From Mytilus californianus (lineage: Eukaryota): DNA of 64,000 nucleotides. The position numbers and the translations under genes are program-made. The notes beneath the pieces were generated by a model. That model made no database searches. It was not told the DNA's origin and was given only the letters and a program-made list of their open reading frames with translations. Below are positions 48,921-62,700 of the stretch, piece after piece; the first letter of the stretch is position 1, and every line of letters starts with the position of its first letter. The stretch is taken from assembly GCF_021869535.1 (NCBI RefSeq), contig NW_026262581.1:13950001-14014000 (forward strand), given 5' to 3'.

Positions 48921-49866
48921 AAACTGCTTCGCTGAGCGCAGCTGGATACGACTGCAGAGGTCCAACCCTGAACAGTAAGGGCAAAAATGGACACAATATT
49001 CAAGCTTGATACAGGTCTGAATTTGGACTGTAATTAAATATTTGACACATTATAGGTTTCTGACACAGAATAAATGTAGTCAAAGAACTTAAAATTGGTT
49101 ATATGATTTGAATTATATTCAATTGAAGATTTCTTGCTTTTGTGCAATACACTGTGCTGTTGCGCAATACTTAGTAAATCTGTCATCAGGCTATATAAAA
49201 AGAATTAAATCAATTGAAGAAAAAAATTGACCCCCCTCCCCTTTTCCAAAAAATAATATTTGAAGAAATTTTATTTTTATTTTCTCAAGTCTTGAGGATA
49301 AAAAATTGTCCCCCTCCAAATAATTTTTTTGTTCACCCCCCCCCAAATTTTTTTTAACTCCCCCCCCCCCCCCTTTTCCCCAAAAAAATAACATTTGAAG
49401 AAAATTTTCTTTTTGTAAAATGTGGTACAGTTTAAGAGACATCAATACACTTAAACATGAGTTATTGTCTGAAAACTAGAAAAATGCTTGTTTTAGACCC
49501 TTTTTCGCCCATAATTCCTGAACAGTTTGGGCAATTACCCCCAAAATGAATCCCAACCTTAAACTTGTGATATTGGACCTTGTGGTACAATTTCAGAGCA
49601 ATCAAAATACACAAGTTATTGTCCTAAAACTAGAAAAATGCTTGTTTTGGACCCCTTTTTGGCCCCTAATTCCTAAACAGTTGGGACCATCACACCCAAA
49701 AACAATCCCAACCTTCTTTTTGTGGTATTGAACCTTTTGGTAAATTTCAAAGAGATCCATACACTTAAACTTAAGTTATTGTCCGGAAACCAAATGTCTT
49801 CGGACGACGACGACAACGCCATGACAGCATTATACGAACCCAAAATTTGTTTGCGGTAGTATAAAA
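48921..49866 (+). mobile_element. Family B Helentron/DINE-like element in PAK intron 3
   Basis: 5' 'gcttcgctgagcgcagctggatacgactgcag', internal tandem units, 3' (GAC)n and a degenerate hairpin 'ttgcggtagtataaaaa'. Confidence 0.72.
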
Positions 49867-51036
49867 ATTGCATACTATTGTTTACATGTATCATTAATGA
49901 AATTTCTTATCATTGCTTTTTATGAACTCGTGACAATCAATTTCCTGGATTTTTGTGGGTACATGTATATTCCAATAAAAATTAGTAAATTTTTCACACA
50001 ATAATGTTATACAAATGTACCTCACTTTTTCATTCAACGTCATAATATTGTATACACAAACTATATGAAAATTAAAATATTTGTGAACTTTATGTTGCAC
50101 TGAAAATTTTTAGAATTTATTAAGGTAAAATCAATACAAATTAATTTGTAACATTCACATTTAATTACTTAGTCTGTGCCATCCAGAAGGTATTCTACGA
50201 ATTCTTAGTCATGTGCATGGAAAAGTACACACATGGTGATTCAGATTAAAATCAAACTTACTGCTATTGAATGATTCATAGTGAATTTTGGTGATTCGAT
50301 GACTACTGATTAACATCACTTTGATATTTCCCTTGGAATAAATCTACACTGAACATATAAATTTCCTAGTGAATCATACACAATTACTTGACAGGCATTC
50401 AATGTAAGAAATCCACTATTAGAAGTGATTTTTCACTGATCAAATTGTGTGTACTGTGAGTGCAATGTGCAGGGTATGCATTTGTATCAAAAAGGTTGGA
50501 CTAAATTACCAACAGGTACAAAAATGTAAGTTGTAATTAATTTGTTCACCTAGGGCACTTCTCATTCAGCAGAGAAAATATGGCTTTGAAATAGGGGTGG
50601 CTTCTTAAATAAAAGATACTGCTCTTCTGAACAGCATAATAGGTTTTATGAGGGGGAGTGTCTTCTTTACAAAAGATGAAGTCTTATAAAAATAAATATG
50701 AGAGCCTCTCTAAGGGGGACTACTGTGGTGATTTTTTCTAATTTCATTGGATTCTGTTTTGAATAATTTTATTCAATAATTAGCTGTATGCATTTGTTCC
50801 CAATATATTTAAACAAAATTAATTCATTTATTTTTACCTGTTAAAAGTAAAGATTTACATAATAATGGTTTGAATATTTATGTTTTATTGACTGTGAAGG
50901 GCCATAAAAATCTTCAACAGATAAAATAAAGCTTGTTCAAATGAAAATTCATGATTTATAAAGTATATCTATATTGACTCTCTACAGGATCATATAATCA
51001 CTTTTTTTAAGTTTTCTAGTAGTGTGTATAATTCAT

Positions 51037-52246
51037 GTATAGTCCGTTTGACTTCTATAAATCTTCAAAAAATAATTCTTAAAAATTCATTTTTACAAAT
51101 AAACATTTTTTTTCTTCATGTATGTTAATGTATGATATATACTAACACTGACTATGAATATCATAATTTTGGGCCAATAATCAAAAAAGTTACCCATTTG
51201 GTCTCTATGTTACTTCTATTTTTTTTTATATAAAATACTTGATGGAGTAAGTATGAATAGTGTAACAGCCTTCCATTCAAAACAAAAACATTAGACATGT
51301 GCTTTAAACCTGTTTCATTGTACCATGTGACTTTTCTCATTTGAATAACTCTGACCAGCAACAAACTTGGACTTCATTTAAGTTTTATGTCATGTGATTA
51401 CTGAACTTTCTGTATACATGAATTTGTATTTTTCATTGTTCAACTTCTGAGTAACCTTAGTAATATTTTCCACTGGACATTACTAGTATTACATTTTTAA
51501 ACACTACAAAGTAGTTTTAGGCAAAATTCAGTTTATAAATGAAATTTTGTGAAAATGAATAATATAAAGCATATTTTTTTAGTATTTATACCTTCATATG
51601 TTTATGAAAACTAAATATTGAATGTATTCTGTAAATACTTATTGATAAAACTTTTTCGAGCCTCTCCATTTTGTTAGTACTGTCATCATGCTTTAAGCAT
51701 TAAAAGCTTGCTTATATTCTTTTATAAGATATATATAAATATATAATCAAATTAAGGTAACAAAAATGAAGATTTGGTAAGGAATAAAAAAAAATAAAAC
51801 ATCTGGTTATGATATTTTTCCCACAAATAACATCTTTGTAGATACATGCAAGTTCATTTATAAAATCGTATAAAAGCCAGTTATAAAAAAACTTAGATGA
51901 TGGTCATTTTTGATGACATATATAGTGTCCTTTGATATCTTAATGAGTTAAGTCACATGGTACAATGAAACAGGTTTAAAGCACATGTCTAATGTTTTTG
52001 TTTTGAATGGAAGGCTGTTACACTATTCATACTTACTCCATCAAGTATTTTATATAAAAAAAAATGGAAGTAACATAGAGACCTAATGGGTAACTTTTTT
52101 GATTATTGGCCCAAAATTATGATATTCATAGTCAGAGTTCGTATATATCATACATTAACATACATGAAGAAAAAAAAGGTTTATTTGTAAAAATGAATTT
52201 TTAAGAATTATTTTTTGAAGATTTATAGAAGTCAAACTGACTATAC
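51037..52246. repeat. Long inverted repeat: arms of about 300 bp (51037-51333 and 51950-52246) around a spacer of about 615 bp
   Basis: The arms are reverse complements with only scattered mismatches. Confidence 0.92.
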
Positions 52247-52479
52247 TTTCCTTTTTTTTTTAAAGAAAACTAAATTTAGCAGAAATGATTTATTTTTCAA
52301 AAATAGGTTGAAAATAAAAGCATTTATTTATCAAGCAAATATTTTGACATAGGAAAGCTGTAACTAGCCAGCTACACTGTGACTATTTCTGTTTGAGGAT
52401 TGTGACAGAAAATTGTCACATATTAAATACAATTTTACGAATTGCACAATTTTTTGTTTACTCTATGTGATTCAATAAT

Positions 52480-54348
52480 CAGTGTTCCAGCTTGAATCTC
52501 AGGGCAGAAGGGTGCTAGTTGTTTGAAAGGGCACTTTAGCGCAATAACCCAGATTGTAAGGGCTGTTGGACAGTGTATAAATTACCTTGAATTTTGCTAG
52601 GCTCAGCTGGAGAACATTAGTTGTATTTCAACTGTATTTAGAAATTAATGTGATCTGGATGTTGGTTCCAGTAAGATTTATTTTTATCAAATTATCATAC
52701 CAAGAAGCAAAACATATCATTTTGATTTAATTTAAACAAACTTGTACATTTGGTAAGGAAAATAATCATCAGAAATTTCAATGTTTTATAACTGATACCA
52801 TCTATAAAAATAAAGTAGTTTTGAACTGAGACTACAATAACACATAGTAGTCTCAGTTTTGAAATATGGATGTATACATGCAAAATTGAATTTTAAATGC
52901 ATTAAAATTATCTACATTTAAATTACTTGTTCAAACATATAGTATATGTTATTGAAAGTTACTTATTATCATTTAAATTGTTACAAAAAGTATTGTTTTA
53001 AGTGCACACCAAAGTGCTCCTAAGTCAGGAGTTACATAAATATAACAGGTGAGACAAGAGATGATAATATTATATTGATGCAATAATACATTGCATACAT
53101 TGCAGAAGGTATAAACAGTTACTTTTACCCCCATAATTGTTAAAAATAAAAGAATGTGTTAAGTGCTCCTATGTAAGGAGGATTATAAATACAAGAAGTA
53201 AAACAGGAAGTGCAATCTTGTTTATGTTCAAAATACAAATTTCTTTAAATTACTCATGGTAATGAAACAAAACATTTTTTTACCAGTTTAATAAGTCAAA
53301 ACTATGTATGCCTTTAAAATTGTTTAACATTTTATTTTTTATGTTATATGTCTTCATAAATAAAGTGTATATGCATGGTGTGCATGCTGTACATTAACAA
53401 TACAAATGGATAGCATGTAGACATTTTCATTCTGTATTAAATATCTACTATTTGTTTAATTATCTTAAATCCTCTAATTAACAGTAAACAATCATTAACA
53501 GAGGTGATAAAACTGCCAAAGGCAAGGTATTTAACTTAAGGTAGATGGGGTGTCTAAATTATAATCCATAGAATTTTTTAATAATTTGCCAAAATGTAGT
53601 TTGTATCATGCTTTTTTAAAAAAAATAATAAAAAGAATGGGTCACGGTGCTTATTTTCACACTACAGGTTGTGCAAAATTGACAGATTTTGTATAGATTA
53701 TGCATGGAAAACCCAATTTTCTGCCATAAAACTAAAACAACACCATAGAATTTTGAGATAGAATATGAGAAGATAGCTCTTATATTATGCTTTCAGATAA
53801 GAAAAAAGAAAAAATGGGGTCACGGGACCAGTTTTCTTGCTACATAATAAAACAGGTAAATTCCTAACACATTCTATTGTAAAAGTAACTTTATCTGAAT
53901 TATCTGCCCTTATATTTGAGTTGCCTCCCCTTATGTGTCAAAGTTGGAAAAAAATGAATCAAACAAAGGCATTCTGTTTTTTGTAAAATACAACCATACA
54001 TATGATAAAACATGTCATTTTCTATATTGAAAGGAAAATGCTTACACATGAATTACCTACTACTCTCAAAATTTGCACATTTTATTAAAGATCTAGACCT
54101 CTTGTTTTCTGGTATGTCAAAATACAAGATGGAGGAAGATACCCTATCTACCTTAATCCCATTGTCAGTTAATGAGGGTGTTGCACAAAAAGGTCAGTTT
54201 TACCGGAAACGCAGATAGGCATGAAATATGGAAATTTTATTTTTTGAAAAAGCAGAGGGGTGCATTTTTTTGCTTTGGAAGGCAGAAGGGCAGGGGTAAG
54301 GGCACCAGGGGCAGGCGGCCCTTCTATTTAGGGCAGGCTGGAACACTG
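52480..54348. mobile_element. Non-autonomous TIR element of about 1.87 kb with CAGTG termini
   Basis: ATAAT|CAGTGTTCCAGC ... GCTGGAACACTG|ATAAT, with AGGGCA subterminal repeats at both ends. Confidence 0.6.
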
Positions 54349-55652
54349 ATAATACATAGCTATTTTTTATAATTCATTTCCTTTTCACAAGTTATACAGC
54401 TGTGAAATGTCATTCAACTAATTCTTGACAGTTTGACACACATACACCCCCACCCCAAAAAAAATAATATACAGTAAAATTCCTGCCAGAAAAGATTTTC
54501 TCACAGGGGGCTTATGATACTTGGTCAGCATCTAGGTACAAATGCAAATATTATTTAAGGTGGGAACTAAGCTCTATGATAGTTTCACCACAATATTCAT
54601 GAAGTAAGTCCATTTTTTGCTTAAATCATTTAGAAATATGTCATATTTATACATTTCATTAAAGTATGAAGCCAACTTTATGCAAATAAATTTTCTTAAA
54701 CCTTTATTCAAACATTTGAAAAAATATTATCACTTTAGGTTGACAAAGCCAAAAAGATACCCATTATGGGGTTTTTATGCATTCTTATATTATAAAATAT
54801 AAGCTGGGAGTCACAATTCCATATAAAGCACTTTGGTAAGAGAACGATCTCAGAATGTTTCATATTGTGTTGTGTAGGTGATATTTTGCATGTATTGAAA
54901 ATCTGCTTCTCTATTTATTAGATTGTATTTGAGTGATTTACTGATGGAAATGATAGTTTTTCTCGGTTTTACAGCCTAACTTGAGGTAGACCTGATATGT
55001 TCTTATCAACATTGGGTCAAACATTATGACGTCAGTATTTAGTCCAGGTGTTAAGGTTGGGTCAAATAGATGATGTGGAGGGAGTGTGATAAGGGCTGAA
55101 CAGGATGATAGTGGCCTAGGAAACTGATAAGTTCCAAAATGATGATTCTTCTTTCTAGTTAAGTATTAAATCTGAGATTCTTATAACTGAAAGTCTGAAA
55201 TTTTGTATTTGTTACATTTTAACTGATCAAAAATTTTATTTTGTTTAATGCAATTTAATTATCTAGTAAATACTGCAACAGGTGTAATAAAATCATATTA
55301 GAAATATTCTGAAAATGTGCATGAACCTGAATTTGTCCATTTATTCTTATTTAATGTGATAGTTGATACAGGATATGTTTGAACAAGAACAATGCTACTT
55401 ACTTATTAAATTAGTTAAATTACCTATTGCAATAAAAAGAAGAAATTTATCAGGCTGCACTTTCATGTCTAAAGGTTGGATGGTATGATAAAATATACCA
55501 TTTCATTAGTTCAGTGTATCCTAATATAGTCATACATTTATATCTGTTTTAGATCCAAAAATTTCATTTAGATAGGTCCTAAGGGTTAATACCCAAGATT
55601 TTTCTTTATGTAAATAAAGCATTACACAAATTAAACCTTCTCAGACACTTAC

Positions 55653-55830
55653 GCAATCCTGCATGAATTTCATCATCACTTAGATTCTTTTTCTGAGATT
55701 TAGGACGTCTTTGTAATACTTCTTCCTCTGCATCCTCTTTTGTTTTCTGGTTGTCAAGGGTAACTTTGGCCATGCCATCTGTAACATTGTTTGTTCTGGA
55801 ATCTATTTCATCTCCATGATTATCATTTTT
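55653..55830 (-). CDS. PAK: Group I PAK, coding exon 3 (linker)
   Basis: tttttacag| KNDNHGDE...RRPKSQKKNLSDDEIHAGL |gtaagt. Phase 0/1. Confidence 0.88.
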
Positions 55831-57087
55831 CTGTAAAAATGGTAATTGTGAGATATATATCACAATATTCAAAATATGTATATCTTTTGAACAAATTTAC
55901 CAATTTCAAAAACAGTATTTTCTTGCAAAGCTGAGGAAAGTGGCATAAACATGGGTTTCAACAAACAGTGCTCTAATTATATAAGACAACATTGCTATTC
56001 TTAGTTAAAAAATTTTAAGCATACAACAATGTAGCATATCTAACTTAAGGTTGCTGGTGTGTCTAAATGTTTGACGAAAGATTTAAAAAAAAAAAAATTC
56101 TGTGAAAGACTTCTTGGTCAATGTACTTTCGAATTTCAATATAAAAACTGGGTGTCACAGACCTTGTTTTTTCATTTAAAAAAAAATTGAAATTAACATA
56201 ATTGACAGTTATTTCATATGGGTTATACAGGGGAAACTTAATTTTTTCTTTATTGAGTCATGAAACGATACAATTGGTTAAAATTCAATTAAAGATTTGC
56301 TTTTTAAAAGTACATCTGAGATATAAAATAAAAATAGTGGGTCACAGGCCTTATTTTCTTGAAAAATAAAAAAAACACAAATTGTCCTATCAAATTCAAT
56401 ATAATTTTCTGCCTCTGATTTTTTCTGAAATTTTTAAATACACTTGATGGCACTTAATTTTCTTATAGCTCGATCTTGATATTTCAAGTTTTAAGTGTTT
56501 CTGTTGTATATTGAATGATACTTGGTATGATATTTTTAAACCAAAAAAAGTATTTTTGCAACATAACCGAAGGGATGCTCAGAAAGACACCCGATCCACC
56601 TTAATAAATGAATTTCTAGTTTAAAAGCAGTATTATTATTGTTAGGTTTATCAATCTTTTTATTTCTGAATGAATTCTTGTTTCAAAGTGTTCATTCCTT
56701 GTATGAATTATGTTTTTTGAGGATATAAAGTTAAATACAATTAATAATTTGGTGTCAAAATTGACTTATATGAAACAACAGTCATGCATGAATACATTGC
56801 CTAACATTTACATAGATAGTATTGATGTAGATTCTAGATTGTGTATTTAAGTTACATTTCATATTCTTTATATATATCATAAGAATTTCAGAAACTTACA
56901 AATACATATAAAATATGCATCAAGAAATACAACATTTCCATTGCATTTCATTTGCTGATGTTTCTTTAGAGCCAAATTATATGAAGGTTCTAAACAATAT
57001 TACTTTGCTTGTCAAGTGACGTCAACAAACACATATACTAAACTAGAATCTACACTATACACTTATTGTAAATGTGAAGCAATGTAC

Positions 57088-57325
57088 CTTGTTTGGGTCA
57101 GTTTTTGCAGTGACAAAAACCTCATCTGATCTGGCATCTTTTCCGTGAGGTGAGGGTGGTGGCATGGGGCTTTTGTCTTCATCACTAAGTTCATCCTCAG
57201 ATTCTTCAATGGTAGTTGCAACTTTAAGATATTTCTGTTCATGTGTACTTTTCTGTTTAAATGATTTCTTCAAGAATTTGATGGATTTAATGACAGCTTC
57301 TGGATTTTTCTTCTGTTCCTCTTTC
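57088..57325 (-). CDS. PAK: Group I PAK, coding exon 2 (autoinhibitory segment, acidic tract)
   Basis: ttttcttcag| (S)KEEQKKNPEAVI...EESEDELSDED.SPMPPPSP...TDPNK |gtacat. Phase 2/0. Confidence 0.88.
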
Positions 57326-57924
57326 CTGAAGAAAATAAAATTTTTAGTAGCGGTTGGGAAAATTACATTATGGAATGTATGTGTATTTTGTTTTCTGTAT
57401 TGTACAAAGCGTAACTGTGAACATGATGAATAAACAAAAACAAGTGTCTCTATTTAGCCACACTCAACGGGCAATCAACAATTATTGTGCAATATGCCAA
57501 AAATATATTTGGTTGCACTTTACGTAAGCTTTCTGTATATAATGAGAGTCTATTATAAATTCATATACATATACAGCATACAATTTATGATTCTTAAAAA
57601 AGTGTTTATGGTGTACCATAGTTAATAAATAACAACAAACAAATACTTTAGTGTGAAATATAGACTTAATGAATTGAATTTATTATGTTTTGTCCAAATG
57701 TATTTATCATACTTCATGTAAAAATGCCAGATTTTGATTGGTTAATAAGAGGTAGATAATTTGCTCTATCCCATGGCAAATACTCCATTATCCTTCATGG
57801 AGACGCTTGATCAATTGTGCGCTTTATGAAATACAGAGGTTGTTATGTAAATGACATAATAGTTTATTACTTTGAATTTGAAATTTAATAGACAGTTATA
57901 ACTGAACCTTCAGTATAATAAATT

Positions 57925-58051
57925 AAATAACACATAGCTGAAAGGGTGATAGAGCAGATTGTTACCCCTCTAAAAGACAACAAAGCCAAAGTTGACAATT
58001 TTTTCTCAGGGTAACAATCTGTTCTATCACCCTCTCAGCTATGTATTATTT
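57925..58051. repeat. Central palindrome (arms of about 43 bp) of a MITE-like element in PAK intron 1
   Basis: aaataacacatagctgaaagggtgatagagcagattgttaccc / gggtaacaatctgttctatcaccctctcagctatgtattattt. Confidence 0.75.
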
Positions 58052-58694
58052 ATATATAATTATCAGTGATTATATGAAACAATGAATGATTTATACAAGT
58101 GGTTTGATGTCATAAAACTTAGTTTGAATCATCCTATTGTTCTTTAAATAGCCTAAATCAAAGTAAGGAATATGAATGATATATTTGTTGGTGTTTTCTT
58201 TTATTACCAGTAAGAGGGAGAAGGGGAAGGGGGAGGGAGGCTACAAAGTAAAGAAATAATTATTTTTGATATCTATTGGCTAGATTTTTTTTATGTATGT
58301 CAAAATAAAAAAAAATTTATCACAGGAACATATTGTTTCCATCAAATTATTTACTATCTTCAATTTATTACTTTTGCTTGGTTTTTGTTTTTAAATGTGT
58401 ATCATCATTACTGATTTAGGTCTGAATGGGGAATAATAATATATAGGAAAATGATTGAAATATTCAATGAAATGTATTTGATGTGTTCTACATGGATCAA
58501 CTTTTTCAGTCTTATTGACTTAGCTTCATTTATGTATATATTTTAGTAAACAGACAAAGATATTTATGTGTGTGTCAAATGTACCCTTATACCTCCAACT
58601 ACATTGATTTTGATTTATACATTTTATAAATGTGAATAATGGATATGTATAATGAAAACAAAAATATTTGGTGTTTTATTTTACATTAACTTAC

Positions 58695-58873
58695 GAGATA
58701 TTGGAGTGTTGAAGGAGTGAATTCCATGCAGGTGGAAGGCCTACAAAATCTCCTGTTTGCCTGTCAAAACCAACATGTACATTATGTTTGACCTCTGTGG
58801 GGCCAGATATACTCATGGGTTTGTCATCTGAACTAGAACTTTTCTTCTTTCCGAATGGCATTTTTGACAACAT
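58695..58873 (-). CDS. PAK: Group I PAK, coding exon 1 (basic patch + CRIB/PBD); full model has 6 exons, 1461 nt, 486 aa
   Basis: tttatag|ATG. MLSKMPFGKKK...ISGPTEVKHNVHVGFD..TGDFVGLP.AW..LL.HSNI. Donor gtaagt at 58694. All six exons join in frame. Confidence 0.92.
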
Positions 58874-59224
58874 CTATAAATAGAACAAAACATAATATCT
58901 AATGGTTTAATCATTTGTACATTGTACATACTGTTCCCAATTGACACTTTTAAAGATGTGTTTGTACATGTACCTTTTTTTAAAATTAAATTATATGTAC
59001 ATGTACACCATTTAATAAGGCTGAATAAACACACATGTACACATATATACATATATAAATATTGATAGTATTAAAACTATCACTGGCCGATACATCTAAA
59101 GGTTGAAAACTTCCCTATTTCTTCATAGACTTCTGTTTCAAATAAAGTAATAAGCTGTTGACAGAGATAAGTCTCACTTTTTAGTAATTTTGATAGTACA
59201 TGTATAAAATGACACTACTTTAAC

Positions 59225-59745
59225 AAAACATTCAAAGTCAAGGAACCATGACTGAAGTCACAGGGCCAAATAATGTTCATGGAAATGAGACATGCCAATG
59301 ACTAAAACTGAATACCAAATACCATTGACTTATCATAATTGGTTCCCTTTAAACTAGCCTCAACACAAACTTTAACATGTAAACTGTGCAAAAGTTTCAA
59401 AGTCATTTAACCATGATGAGGGGGCAGGGCCAATTAATCTCCAAAGAAATAAAAGTTGCAAATGCTAATACAACAGCATACCAAATATCATTGACTTAAC
59501 ATTAGTGGTTCCCCATAAACTGACCTAATCACAAACTAATACATGTAAACTAAGCAAAAGTTTCAGTCAATAGACCATGAATGATTTCCATAGAAATGAG
59601 ATATGTCAATGCTAATACAACTGCATACCAAATATCATTGACCTTCTAGTGGTTTCCCTAATCACAAACTAATACATTGTTGATGCCCCCCAGAAACAGA
59701 GCACCTAGTATAGTCTCCCTTTTAGACTTTATGGCGAGACAAAAA
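59225..59745. mobile_element. DINE-like element with about 3 degenerate internal units of about 150 bp
   Basis: Repeated 'gctaatacaac.gcataccaaatatcattgac...cctaatcacaaactaatacat'. End 'gtctccc...ggcgagacaaaaa'. Confidence 0.5.
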
Positions 59746-62700
59746 TGGATTAACATAAGGTTTGAACCCCTGCCTGCCTGCAAAACACAATCACAAACAC
59801 ACATACCTTATTAACTTCTTTCCTTTATTTCAATGTCTACAATAAATGAAACAGGGTTTACTTGTCTGATGTATCATACAAGTTTATTTATTATGAATTA
59901 CATGTACATCATTATTTAATAACATTTACTGCCAAAACTGCTGTTCATGTACTTCATCAGGAATTTACTTCATTAGTCTTTAAAGAAAGACAATGTGAAG
60001 TGTTTGTGCATGTTGTGTAGAATGATAGGCATTTCCCATTGGTCTTTTGGGTTTTTTTTGTGTCTTCAGTTGCCTTCTGTGTCCTGCATATCACTCAGTT
60101 TGGTAGTAATAAGCATTGTGTTTAAGTTTCATAACATTTGGTTGAGGCAAACTAAAGTTAGAGAACGGAAACCAATTTGGGACATACATACAGACATTCA
60201 TATGGACAAGAGTAAACCTTAATACACACTTTGCCTAGCTGCAGGAGGCATTCAAATATAAAAACACAATGACCATTTTTTTTTATGTTTTCACACTGTG
60301 TCATTATAAGTACATTTGTAACTTCATTTTGGTACATTTCAATGAAACTTCCTTTTATCCTGCTTGTTAGCAGCAATAAGTCTAGTACTTACTCAATTCT
60401 GGTAAAGATTTATTTATCACCTTTTTTTTAAGATAGTCCGTAATGATATCAAGTGACAAAACACATCTTACTAACAAAGTATTAACATCAGAACTGAATC
60501 CAATAAACATTTTACTGAAAGCAGTGATCTTTAAGGATCATGGTAATGTGATGCTATACATATACATGTATTGCTTGAATGCTTTGCTTAATGTACGAAG
60601 AAATAATTTTTTTATAGATTGGGTTATGGATTCTTCAATTTCCAGAAAATGCTTTTTCAAATTCCCTGTTTGACATGTTTACAAGGCTGCTAAATGAAAT
60701 GTGTGTGGAGAACATCTGATAAAACATTTGTTATCTATTTTTCTTCTTTCTAGCAATTCATCTGTTTTTAAAACTGTTGTCAAAGATTTATAAAGCAATT
60801 AACAGTATTTTGTGATTAATGGTAAATTATTAGGGCTATATTCCAAAAAACTAATAGTTAGTCATTTGGCAGACCACTGCTTTTAATTTTAATTAATTTA
60901 AATACAAGATGTATGGATTGCTCAATCTCATTAGATAATTTTCAATACTTAGTAAAGACAATATGAACAAAAAATACATTGACCTTGAAACACTTAAAGG
61001 TTGCACTTTGTATATACAGCTGTTTCACAAACCATGCCTCTGTTGGGGAGATGTACAATGTAATTAAATCGTTGAATATTGTTTTTACTGGTATAAATAT
61101 TGATTTTTATATCAGTAAATTAAAACCATACTAAATATTACACATATATACTTTCACAGTACTACAATCTGTCAATACCTATATTTTGGCATTGCACAAG
61201 GTCATGTTTTTCTCTGACTGTTAATGACGTCTTTACACTAAATCCATTGGATGTGTACTGATTGATATTTTAGTCCTATATACATGATTTTTTTTATTAG
61301 TTGTTATTGGCCTTGAGCTAGCTGTCAGTAACTGCGAGTACTCTCAGATTTGTACTTAGTGTCTTTTTTGTTGTTAGGGATGAGGGATAGATATATACCC
61401 TGCCACGTTCTGTCTGTGTTTTTGTTTGATGTTTTTCTTTGTATCGATCTGATGAGTTCAGCCTTTTTCAACTGATTTTTATAGTTTGTTCTTATGTTGT
61501 ACTGTTACATGACGGTCTCAGGTTAGGATGGAGGGTTGAGTGCTCACAACCATGTTTAACCCTGCCACATTCTTTATGTGCATGTCCCAAGTCAGGAGCC
61601 TGTAGTTCAGTGGTTGTCGTTGGTTCATGCCTGTCTTATTTTTTTTCGTAAATTGTTTTGTTATAAATTAGGCTGTTAGTTTTCTCAATTGAATTGTTTC
61701 ATATTTTTCATGTCGTTGCCTTTTAAAGCCGACTATATGGTATGGTTTTTTCTCATTGTTGAAGGACGTACAGTTGCCGATAATTGCTTACACCCACTTC
61801 ATTTTAGTCTTGGTGGACAGTTGTCTCATTGGCAATCATACCACATCTCCTTATTTGTATAGTGTATAATATTCATAGATATTTTGTTTTGTTTACCTAC
61901 CACTGCCTACTGGTTAGGCCATGCAAAAATGATTGTTTGTTTCCCCTAACCCTGTCGGGTCAGCTTTTACACTCCGGGTCAATCCTTTTTTTTTTTTGGG
62001 CAGAGGAAAAAAAAAATGTTTCTCTGGTTTCTTTTGACAATTTTCAATGATGCTTTTATTTAAAATTGTCTGCGGATAATCATTTAAAAGTGTGTAAGCA
62101 TTATTCTCAATTATCATTCCTTTGTTTATATAGTTTATACCACAAGATAGAATGTAAAACAAGAATTTACTGTCAGGTTAGCAACAACATTCTCTGCTTT
62201 GTAAAACCGCTTTTTCACAAAAAAATAACATAAAATAAAAAGTTTTTCCTGCCTGCCGGTCCTTGATAATATTCACATGTTAGGGGAAACCAACATTCAT
62301 TTTTCCATGGCCTTACTAGATATGATCTCTATGTTTCATCTCATAGAGACACAACTTTGGAATTTTAGCAGTATAAATACACATGATTAGTGGCCAAATT
62401 GAAATCTAAGGAAGACTCAAAGTGAAGGGAGGGGTAGTACAGAATTTTAGTATAAATTTATAATCTTAGAACTTTGAGGCATATAAATGTTGAAAATATG
62501 CTGCACAGCCCTGATTTGACCTTTGAAAAAAATAGTAGTGCATATGAACTTTCCATTCTAGGATATATTTTTTTACGAAACTTCATAGTAAAAGTGGCAG
62601 AGTTTAAGCTGTAAAAGGAGTTCCTATGGGAAATTTCTTTGTCTATATATACAGAAGTGCAACCTAAAGGAATGAAATATATACCGATGAAAAAACCCAG

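Noticed and set aside
57088-57121. Alternative PAK exon 2 donor GAG|GTTTTT at 57120
   Set aside because: Weak consensus. AAG|GTACAT at 57087 is better and gives the same phase.
59759-59770. B-box-like GGTTTGAACCCC
   Set aside because: No A box or cloverleaf. At most a SINE fragment, not a tRNA.
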